From NCBI GenBank assembly GCA_012797845.1, contig JAAZOH010000040.1, forward strand, positions 57,072-121,071: a DNA stretch of 64,000 bases, read 5' to 3'. Positions 21,303-28,957 of this stretch are shown one piece after another. Source of the stretch: Candidatus Beckwithbacteria bacterium (GTDB taxonomy: Bacteria; Patescibacteriota; Microgenomatia; UBA1400; UBA1449). The notes beneath the pieces were generated by a model. That model was not told where the DNA came from. It worked only from the letters and a program-made list of their open reading frames with translations, and made no database searches. Each line of letters opens with the position of its first letter. The first letter of the stretch is position 1. The position numbers were made by a program, and so were the translations under genes.

Positions 21303-22499
21303 TTATTTATCATAATATTTTTTCCCTTTTAATTTTTCTGGTAAAAGACTCTCTTTAGTATATTTTTGATAGCCTTTGCCATAACCTAGTTCTTTCATAA
21401 GATTAGTGGGAGCATTACGAATTGATAAAGGAATGGATAAATTACCATAGTTTTTAACATCTTTTAAAGCTGCCATATAAGCATCATAGGCTCGGCGATC
21501 TTTAGGTGCTTGAGCCAGATAGGCTACTCCAGCTGCTAGATTTTCTTGACATTCTGGATAGCCCACTGTTTCACAAGCCCGAAACACAGCATTGGCAACC
21601 ACCAAAGCTGTTGGTGTAGCTACATCTTCTGAAGCAAAAACCACCATCCGTCTAGCAATAAACTTAGGGTCTTCTCCAGCCTCAATCATGCGAGCCAAAT
21701 AATAAAGCGCTGCATCAACATCAGAAGCTCTCATGCTTTTAATAAAAGCCGAAATAGTGTCGTAGTGCTGGTCAGCATGTTTATCATAAAGTAAGGTTTT
21801 CTTTTGCAGGATATCTTTAATTAATTGAAGTGTAATTTTTGACTGGCTTGAAGTCTCTTTAGCAATCTGGACTACCCCTAAAGCAATCCGAGCATCGCCA
21901 TTAGCAAAACTACTTAAGAAATCTAGGGCTTTTTTTTCAACACTAAGATTAACTGTTTTCAAAGCTCGCTTGGTTAAAATAGCTATTTTTTCACTTGTTA
22001 AAGGTTTAAGTACATAAACCCGGCTTCGTGATAGTAAAGCGCTAATCACTTCAAAAGAAGGGTTTTCGGTAGTAGCACCAATCAAAGTAATTGTTCCATC
22101 TTCAACATATGGTAAAAGATAATCTTGCTGGGCTTTATTAAAGCGGTGAATTTCATCTAAAAATAAAACTGTTTTAGTGTTTTCACTTTTCTTTTCACTA
22201 GCTAACTCAAGTTGTTCATTTTCTAATTTTTTACTTTTTTTAACAATATTTTGAATATCTTTTTTTCCAGCTGAAACAGCTGATAGATAATAAAATTGAG
22301 CATTAACTGCCTTGGCAATAAGTTTTGCCAAGGTAGTTTTACCACAACCCGGTGGCCCCCAAAAAATCATGGAGTATAAAGTTCCATGTTCAACCATGGT
22401 CCGGATTGGTTTACCTTTACCCACAAGATGTTCTTGACCAACAAATTCTGATAAGTTTTGGGGACGTAATTGTTCTGCTAGAGGAACCGAAAAATCCAT
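21303..22499 (-). CDS. rarA: Replication-associated recombination protein A (AAA+ ATPase MgsA/RarA).
   Basis: Walker A at FWGPPGCGKTTLAKLIA and Walker B at VLFLDEIHRFNKAQQD. The C-terminal MgsA helical domain is present. Confidence 0.85.
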   Translation of the reverse strand: MDFSVPLAEQLRPQNLSEFVGQEHLVGKGKPIRTMVEHGTLYSMIFWGPPGCGKTTLAKLIAKAVNAQFYYLSAVSAGKKDIQNIVKKSKKLENEQLELASEKKSENTKTVLFLDEIHRFNKAQQDYLLPYVEDGTITLIGATTENPSFEVISALLSRSRVYVLKPLTSEKIAILTKRALKTVNLSVEKKALDFLSSFANGDARIALGVVQIAKETSSQSKITLQLIKDILQKKTLLYDKHADQHYDTISAFIKSMRASDVDAALYYLARMIEAGEDPKFIARRMVVFASEDVATPTALVVANAVFRACETVGYPECQENLAAGVAYLAQAPKDRRAYDAYMAALKDVKNYGNLSIPLSIRNAPTNLMKELGYGKGYQKYTKESLLPEKLKGKKYYDK

Positions 22500-22533
22500 G
22501 AATTTAGAATAGCAACTAAGCCTAAAAAGTCAA

Positions 22534-22935
22534 CTAAAAGCGAATATCCCAATCCAACTGAGGATAACTCAAGTTTAGTTCTTGAAGATCAACATTTTTA
22601 GTATCTTCTTCAAGTGCTTTAACCCGATCAGTTAATTCCTGTGGTAAAACCGGGGCGGGTGTAGCCGTTGCCTGAGCAGTTGGAGTCGGGGTTGTAACTA
22701 CTACTGATCCATTTTTTTGCGCCAAAAGTGCCAAAATTACCAGTAGAATAATAATGATAAATCCTAGTGCAACAGCTAGTCCAATAATATACATCTTTAA
22801 GGTCTTGGTTTTTTTATCAACTTCACTAATCGCTTCTTGCTTAGTATCTTTAGTCACTGGCTCTACTTCAGCCTCTAAATCTTTATATGGCACATTGCCA
22901 CTCATTGGTGGGGTTGTAAAAGGGTCTTCTTGCAT
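22534..22935 (-). CDS. Hypothetical single-pass membrane protein with a Thr/Pro/Ala-rich linker.
   Basis: 133 aa with one TM helix and a TPTPTAQATATPAP segment. Confidence 0.3.
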   Translation of the reverse strand: MQEDPFTTPPMSGNVPYKDLEAEVEPVTKDTKQEAISEVDKKTKTLKMYIIGLAVALGFIIIILLVILALLAQKNGSVVVTTPTPTAQATATPAPVLPQELTDRVKALEEDTKNVDLQELNLSYPQLDWDIRF

Positions 22936-22936
22936 A

Positions 22937-23809
22937 TTAATTGTTGCTAGAAGAAGCAGTAGCTTCTTTTTCTATATTTTCCCGATTAACACTATTTAAA
23001 GCTGGTAATCGCTTATTCAGATCATCGATAATTTCATTCTGAAAACCAATACCCTTAGTGAGTGCTAGTTTTGCTGACTCACTATCTGTTTTAATTTGAG
23101 TAAAAGCTTTGATTACCTGTTCCGATGAACTACTTTTTCGCACCAACTCATCTACCATAGTCTCAGCGCTTTTTAAACTTTGCAAAGCCTCAAAAGCACT
23201 GTTTTGAGCTTCATTAAGCCAGTTGCTAAGATAGCCTACTCCAGTCTCTTCAACATATGGTTTTAACTGCGATGAAATTGCAATATATTCTTGATTTAAA
23301 GTATAGACTTTACCAATAATTACTCTTGACATAGTTTCATACCCTAAAACCCGAAAATCGGTTTCTTTTTTTTCAAAACGTTTAGAGATTTCAAACAAAT
23401 CTCCCAAGGTTGGGTTAGAAGCATTATTGATATCATCCATATGATTTTGTAGCCAACCCACTTCATCATCAATACTAGCACTTAATTTTTCTTTATCATC
23501 CTTAGAAATACCCAGATTTGATTGCAGTTTAAATTTAAGGGCCAATAAATAGGTTCGCATAACTTGTGCTCTTTGAGCCAGTAATGTCCTAGTTTTTTCA
23601 ATAGCTATATTTTGTGAAGCTAAACTATTGGTTTGTAAAAATTCATCTCTAGCAGTTTCATATTCAGGATACAGTTGCCGATATTTTTCATATTGGTATT
23701 CAAAATCAGAAATCAACCGATCCTCAGCAAAAATAGGCGAAACAATTAATAATTGAACACTTATAAGTAGTAAAAATAAGATAGTGATTTTTTGCCAGAC
23801 AAATTTCAT
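22937..23809 (-). CDS. Hypothetical membrane-anchored coiled-coil protein.
   Basis: Start trimmed to MKFVWQKITILFLLL, which abuts the rmlA stop at 23811. The protein has an N-terminal TM/signal segment, and its stop is adjacent to the next gene. Confidence 0.3.
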   Translation of the reverse strand: MKFVWQKITILFLLLISVQLLIVSPIFAEDRLISDFEYQYEKYRQLYPEYETARDEFLQTNSLASQNIAIEKTRTLLAQRAQVMRTYLLALKFKLQSNLGISKDDKEKLSASIDDEVGWLQNHMDDINNASNPTLGDLFEISKRFEKKETDFRVLGYETMSRVIIGKVYTLNQEYIAISSQLKPYVEETGVGYLSNWLNEAQNSAFEALQSLKSAETMVDELVRKSSSSEQVIKAFTQIKTDSESAKLALTKGIGFQNEIIDDLNKRLPALNSVNRENIEKEATASSSNN

Positions 23810-23810
23810 A

Positions 23811-24548
23811 TTATTTTGCACTTTGGGCTTTTTCTGCCCAGTAGTTATTAGCTCGAAGCAAAGAGTCAAATGTCCCAGCATCTTCCCAAAACCCATTTAT
23901 TATTTTAGCTGTTAATTCACCTTTTTCAAAATAGGTGTTATTGATTGCTGGAGATCCAAGATAGCTAGTCATTTCTATCTCACCTCTCTGAGAAGGCGTT
24001 AACGATTTAGCAATATCACAAACTCGATTATCAAAAACATAAAAACCAACAGAGGCATAATTGCTTTTAGGGTTTTGAGGCTTTTCTTCAATAGATAAAA
24101 CTTTTCCCGTATTATCAAATTCAATAATTCCATATCTCTCAGGATCAGGTACTTCTTTTACAAAGTTCAGTCCTCCATTCTTAAAGCTTTGTATTTCTTT
24201 AGAAAAATCATAATCAAAAATATTATCACCTAAAATTAGAGCTACGCTGTCATCGCCAACAAAGCGTTCACCAACAATAAAAGCATCGGCTAAACCTCGA
24301 GCTTCTTCCTGAATTTCATAGCTAAACCTACAATTAAATTCTTTTCCTGATCCTAAGAGGTGCAAAAAATGCCCAGCATAATCAGGAGCAATGATAATTA
24401 AAATATCTTTAATGCCTGCTTTCAAAAGAGTTTCTAAGGGATAATAGATCATGGGTTTGTCGTAAACAGGAAGTAATTGTTTGGAAGTAACCAGCGTCAA
24501 AGGTCGAAGTCTTGTTGCTTTGCCTCCGGCTAAAATAATGCCTTTCAT
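23811..24548 (-). CDS. rmlA: Glucose-1-phosphate thymidylyltransferase (short form).
   Basis: MKGIILAGGKATRLRPLT...KQLLPVYDKPMIYYPL are canonical RmlA/sugar-nucleotidyltransferase motifs. Confidence 0.8.
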   Translation of the reverse strand: MKGIILAGGKATRLRPLTLVTSKQLLPVYDKPMIYYPLETLLKAGIKDILIIIAPDYAGHFLHLLGSGKEFNCRFSYEIQEEARGLADAFIVGERFVGDDSVALILGDNIFDYDFSKEIQSFKNGGLNFVKEVPDPERYGIIEFDNTGKVLSIEEKPQNPKSNYASVGFYVFDNRVCDIAKSLTPSQRGEIEMTSYLGSPAINNTYFEKGELTAKIINGFWEDAGTFDSLLRANNYWAEKAQSAK

Positions 24549-24570
24549 AGGTTAAAAATAAGTGGCAGCC

Positions 24571-24849
24571 TTATGTCCGTAAAATAAGAGTTAATAATAG
24601 TGCCATTGCTAGACTGGCTACTAAAGTATATTCTAATACAATTTTAGGATGAAAATCACCCTCATGTGCATGATGAAGCGTTCCCCAGAGAATATAAAAT
24701 AAACCAGTCCCAATAATGATAGCTACTTGCAAAGCCAATTGACCCATGCATAAAAAATAAAAACCAGCCCCACCGGCTAACCCTAAACACAAAATAAAGT
24801 AATGACTATGCAAAATATCTGACTTAGGCTTTTTATGTAAAATATTCAT
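24571..24849 (-). CDS. Small membrane protein, hypothetical.
   Basis: 92 aa with 3 TM helices. Confidence 0.25.
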   Translation of the reverse strand: MNILHKKPKSDILHSHYFILCLGLAGGAGFYFLCMGQLALQVAIIIGTGLFYILWGTLHHAHEGDFHPKIVLEYTLVASLAMALLLTLILRT

Positions 24850-24865
24850 AGGCAGTTGCTTTTAC

Positions 24866-25855
24866 TTATAATATCCTACCACTTCCAGTTAAGATAATAA
24901 TTAAAGCTACCATTACAAATAAAGATAAGTGCACAAAACTTTTTCCGGTTCTTCGGATGGTGCCCCGATGCCAAATCAAAATTCCATCAATTACCAAAAC
25001 AACGATAATAATGAGTGTCAGAGCCAGATTAACGCTTTTAGTCAGATCAAATGAGGAAAACGCAGGAATATGATCTAAACTAACTGATTCAAGTAATGTT
25101 TCCGGGAACAAAGTTTTGATTTGCGTATTTGCTGGTTCTTGTTGTTTGACTTCTTTGATATCTTCTACCACTTCATCAACTGGTTCCGCCACAGCAACAA
25201 CCGGTTCTTCAGTAATGGGTTTAACTTGAGGTTCAATTTGTACCCCCTGTACAGATTCAGCAGCTGCCTGTTCAGGGATAGCAGCAACTGCTGTTGATGG
25301 TGCTCCAAAGTGCTGAACCACTAAAGTCGTTTCCTGGCCATTTAAGAGTCCATTAACTACTGCTACTCCAATTTGGGTATAACGACCAGACATAATATTA
25401 TCTTTATGGGTTTGAGATTCCATCCAAGCTGCCACCACAGCTCCGGAGTCATTAAAATCTCGGGCTAAGTTTTCTCCAGCATACAGATAGGTATAGCCAG
25501 CTTGCTTAAAAAAAGACCAAGGACTAGTTCCATCAGGGGCTGTGTGGGCCCAATAATTATTGGCAAACATATGAGCTGCTTTATACCTGGCCGAAGTAGC
25601 TAATGTTTCATTAAATTCTAGGGCTGGCAAACCAGCTTCAGCTCGTTTCTGATTGGTCATTGAAACAATATCACCCACAGAAATATTTGAGGCATATCCT
25701 AAAACCCCAGGTTTAACTTGAGAAATCCCAGAAATTAAAAGCTGGAAAAAAAGAATCAGTAAAACTAGTTTAGAAAGCGATTTATGGTGAAGAATTTTAG
25801 CACGATGATTATTGCCGTGATGAGGAAAAAACAAATTATGTAGATGCCGCTTCAT
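24866..25855 (-). CDS. CAP/SCP/PR1-like (YkwD-type) domain protein with signal peptide and C-terminal membrane anchor.
   Basis: NYWAHTAPDG...YLYAGENLARDFN...AAWMESQTHKDNIMSGRYTQIGVAV carries the CAP domain signatures. A hydrophobic C-terminus is present. Confidence 0.7.
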   Translation of the reverse strand: MKRHLHNLFFPHHGNNHRAKILHHKSLSKLVLLILFFQLLISGISQVKPGVLGYASNISVGDIVSMTNQKRAEAGLPALEFNETLATSARYKAAHMFANNYWAHTAPDGTSPWSFFKQAGYTYLYAGENLARDFNDSGAVVAAWMESQTHKDNIMSGRYTQIGVAVVNGLLNGQETTLVVQHFGAPSTAVAAIPEQAAAESVQGVQIEPQVKPITEEPVVAVAEPVDEVVEDIKEVKQQEPANTQIKTLFPETLLESVSLDHIPAFSSFDLTKSVNLALTLIIIVVLVIDGILIWHRGTIRRTGKSFVHLSLFVMVALIIILTGSGRIL

Positions 25856-25929
25856 ATCAAACCATTATGAAACTATCAGATTATTTCGTCAATTAGAAAA
25901 GTGTGAAAATAAGAAAGTAAAGAAAATAT

Positions 25930-27385
25930 ATGTCGGACCGTCGTATTGTATTGCTTCTCTTTTTTTGTGTTGTTGCTTAAAAAAGAGTCGACGGCCCGAC
26001 TAAGGTAAACAATCAGCCCGATGTTTTGGGCTGATTGAGAATTATCTTTCTAGAACACACTCAGGGAGTATGCTCTAGTTTTCACAACTGGGGTTTGGGT
26101 CCCAGTTGAGAATTGTTTTACTCGGGGTGTGAAAGGGCCGAACTTCCCCGAGTTTTTTCAACAGCTGGGTTGAGTGGACAACCCAACTGAAAATTGTTGG
26201 AGCCCGCCATTGGGCTCCGGAACGCACGACTCTGTGCGTTCAAATAACCTCCCCTTTTTCGGGCATTGTAGTTGGCAACTTCGCCAACCAAAACCCTAAG
26301 AGGTAGGTCATTTTCTTTTTTTTATTTTTTATTGCTGTTGTTTTTCAAAAACCATCATAGCCCCTACGGCTAGGTTTTTGTTAACAACTCTGCCCCCATC
26401 GGACAGCCCAAAAATTCTCAAGAAGAATTCCGGGATTTTACTATCCAAAAAAATCAATAGCAAAATCCCAGAATCCTTACTGTTTACCATATTGTAAAGA
26501 GCCAATTACCACTTTCTAAACTAAAGCTAGTTTTCAGTTGAAAATGATAAATTTGGAAAAGTGAATTTTACTACTTAAAAAGCAAAAAATCAAGACATTA
26601 AAAGAAGAAGGTGAAACTAAAAGAAGTAAATAATATGCCCCAAAACGCGAAACAAGACACCTTCATCTACCTTTCTACTTAACGTAGAAACAACAGGATA
26701 GAATTGGGTGTCTTGTAAAAGACAATGAAACGAAGTCCACGAGGGCTGCAGGGTGTTGCAAAATCTGGTCAATAAGACCTGCAGCCCTCAGCGGACACTT
26801 AGGAAAAGGAGAAGGGTTTCGTCGCGATATTCTGCGACGGGGGTCCAAAGTCAGCCAAGAGACAGCTGACCCGAAAACCCTTCCCTCAAAGGACGGGGTG
26901 GTTCTTCCGGGCGACAGTACAGCAATGATTTCGGGGACCCCTCCCGAAATCCAGAAAATGAACGAAAATACCTTGAGGCGAGCCAGCCTCTCCAGTAACA
27001 AGCTCGCCTCGCCGAGATCTACTTTCCCTCTCCCCAGGGAAATGCAAGCAGGTCTCGGTATTAAAGACCTTTTTCGACCCAACCCAATCGCACTGGGTTG
27101 AGTTGTCCAGATCACCCCCATGTGGGCACATCTCTAAGGGGGGTTCCCTGGACACAACAGGTGCCCAATCATTGAAGGCTAAGTTTCTAGCCATCGATTG
27201 GGCGTTTTTACCGAACTTTTCCTTTCCGGGAGAATTGTCTCCCAGACTTTCAATAAGCTCAGGCAAGCCTATTCTTGCCTGAGTACGACTAAAATAATTC
27301 CACCCGGCAACCTGTGGGACGTCTTGGGTTGCCGGGCTGCGGTGCGCCTGTTGAGGGTGGCGAGGAATGTGAAAGTTTACCATCT
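25930..27385. ncRNA. GC-rich, hairpin-dense non-coding island. Candidate large structured RNA of unassigned family and unknown strand.
   Basis: Base composition rises sharply relative to the flanks. There is no credible ORF, only mutually overlapping garbage ORFs on both strands. Dozens of perfect or near-perfect stems are visible. Examples: gtcggaccgtcg/cgacggcccgac at 25932/25988; gggctgcagg/cctgcagccc at 26743/26778; caagacacc/ggtgtcttg at 26653/26707; a three-way junction at 26811-26883; cccggcaacc/ggttgccggg at 27303/27326. Confidence 0.35.
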
Positions 27386-27636
27386 AATAATTACATGGCA
27401 CACTATCACACTCCTCTTATTTTTCATTCATATTCATATTTCTCCTTTTCCTTATTTCATTGTTAAAGGGCATTAGTCATAAAAAATAAAAAAACCGCTC
27501 TTGGTTTATTATTTTTAACTGACTAATATTATGAGCTATATTATTCAATAAATTATTATTTTGTCAAGAAACATCTTGTATATTAGAGATCTTTATACTT
27601 GTCAAAGGGAATTAAATCTGCAAAGATAATTATGAG

Positions 27637-28269
27637 ATGAATGAATCAGTTAATCCCCAAACTCAAGCCAATACCAATAAAGAGGATAATCTTGTCTACA
27701 ACCCCTATACTCACAAAATGTTTACTAAAAATGCCGCTGCCATGGCTGGGTTTGAGGTTTCTTTGGATAAAGCCGCAGATTTGAAATTACCACTTTTTTG
27801 GGATAATGGCGTAATTTTTGGCTCTAAAGAAATGGTTGAGCAAAGAAAAGTCGCCACTTTACCAGGAACGGTAAATAAAGGAGCCTGTATTCACTATGAA
27901 GATATAGCCGGAAAAACAACTTATGCTGCTATTACTGAACCCTGGCTTTTTGCTAAATATAAGGGTATTTATTTGCGACCGGTTTCAGCTTTAGAAGTAC
28001 CCATTCTTTTTGGTAAACATTCTGTTTTTAAAACCTACGAAATTCGTGATAGCAATTTTATACCTTTAGATAAAGCTATTATTAAAGATAAAATTGATAT
28101 TCCAAAACAGTTTAAAAATCCGGTTTTACAGAAAATTTTTGCTGGTTATACCAAAATAAAAACTAAAGGTAAAAATTCAAAATTCTTTACTGCTGACACT
28201 ATCTTGTGGGTTTATTTTGTGCTGATTATGTCGCTTTTGACAGCTTTAATTATTCGGTTTTACAAATAA
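27637..28269 (+). CDS. Hypothetical protein with C-terminal TM anchor.
   Basis: 210 aa with a hydrophobic tail (ILWVYFVLIMSLLTALIIRFYK). No family was recognised. Confidence 0.3.
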   Translation: MNESVNPQTQANTNKEDNLVYNPYTHKMFTKNAAAMAGFEVSLDKAADLKLPLFWDNGVIFGSKEMVEQRKVATLPGTVNKGACIHYEDIAGKTTYAAITEPWLFAKYKGIYLRPVSALEVPILFGKHSVFKTYEIRDSNFIPLDKAIIKDKIDIPKQFKNPVLQKIFAGYTKIKTKGKNSKFFTADTILWVYFVLIMSLLTALIIRFYK

Positions 28270-28285
28270 TTGCGTATTAATTCCT

Positions 28286-28954
28286 CTACCTGTGATTTTT
28301 CTTAAACCAGTTACTTATAATATTGTTTGTCCTAAACCCATCCCACCAATGCTTGAAAAAGTTTTTATAGTGGTCAAAGTGATGTCCAAATGTTGGCTTA
28401 GGAGTTGGCGTTGGTGTGTGATGGTGATCAGGGTTACCACAACTAAAATTGATGTCAAAATCAAACTTGATACTGCTTTGCTGATACTCATTACCCACTG
28501 ATGAATCAATAGACACGATCCAGTCATAATCTCTTGACTGGCCGTTGCTAAGTGTGCCTAAGTTAATTCTCTCAGTTGCCAGCAGATCGGCTAAAGTTTT
28601 ATCGCTACCAGCCCACCCACTAACTAGAAAATTTCCAAAATAATCAGTGCCATTAGCTCTGATAACGGTAAATAAAACTTCGTCCAAACTTTTAGGCTCA
28701 GTTGCATCTTTTGGCCGGACTAGAAGCGTCAGCTGGCAATCTTTACCAGTAGTGTTTTTGACTGAAATAGTTTTTTGATACGTATCACCTGGTTTAACAT
28801 CTAGTTCCTGAAACAAGGTTTTTTTATCAATAGTCGTCATACTACAACGGCTCTTATCGCATTTGACAGTGCAATCGCTATGAGCAGACACAGGCTGTAT
28901 AAAAATTCCTAAACAAAATAGTGAAAACAGAATTGCTATAAAATATTTAGTCAT
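28286..28954 (-). CDS. Secreted TasA/camelysin (Peptidase_M73)-like protein, His-rich C-terminus.
   Basis: Signal peptide, then LDVKPGDTYQKTISVKNTTGKDCQLTLLVRP. This resembles the TasA core L-PGD-x-K-x-V-N-G motif. Confidence 0.4.
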   Translation of the reverse strand: MTKYFIAILFSLFCLGIFIQPVSAHSDCTVKCDKSRCSMTTIDKKTLFQELDVKPGDTYQKTISVKNTTGKDCQLTLLVRPKDATEPKSLDEVLFTVIRANGTDYFGNFLVSGWAGSDKTLADLLATERINLGTLSNGQSRDYDWIVSIDSSVGNEYQQSSIKFDFDINFSCGNPDHHHTPTPTPKPTFGHHFDHYKNFFKHWWDGFRTNNIISNWFKKNHR

Positions 28955-28957
28955 AGT

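Noticed and set aside
26675-27383. ORF-track entries 26675..27121(-), 26886..27383(-) and 26898..27101(+) inside the GC-rich island.
   Set aside because: They overlap one another on both strands. They translate to low-complexity Arg/Pro/Gly-rich strings with no start context or Shine-Dalgarno sequence. They coincide exactly with the hairpin-dense non-coding block, so they are artefacts of GC-rich RNA-like sequence.
25930-27385. I tested whether the island is RNase P RNA, tmRNA, SRP RNA, an rRNA fragment or a group II intron.
   Set aside because: By eye I found none of the following on either strand: the P4 string GGAAAGUCCGGGC/CCCGGCUUA, a tRNA-like T-arm (GGTTCRANYCC), an A-rich tag ORF ending ALAA-stop, the SRP domain IV GGAAGCAGC string, the 16S/23S universal blocks (GTGCCAGCAGCCGCGGTAA, GGGGCTGCTCCTAGTACGAGAGGACC, etc.), or a group II domain V with GNRA loop. 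It therefore remains an unassigned candidate RNA. Only a covariance-model search can settle this.
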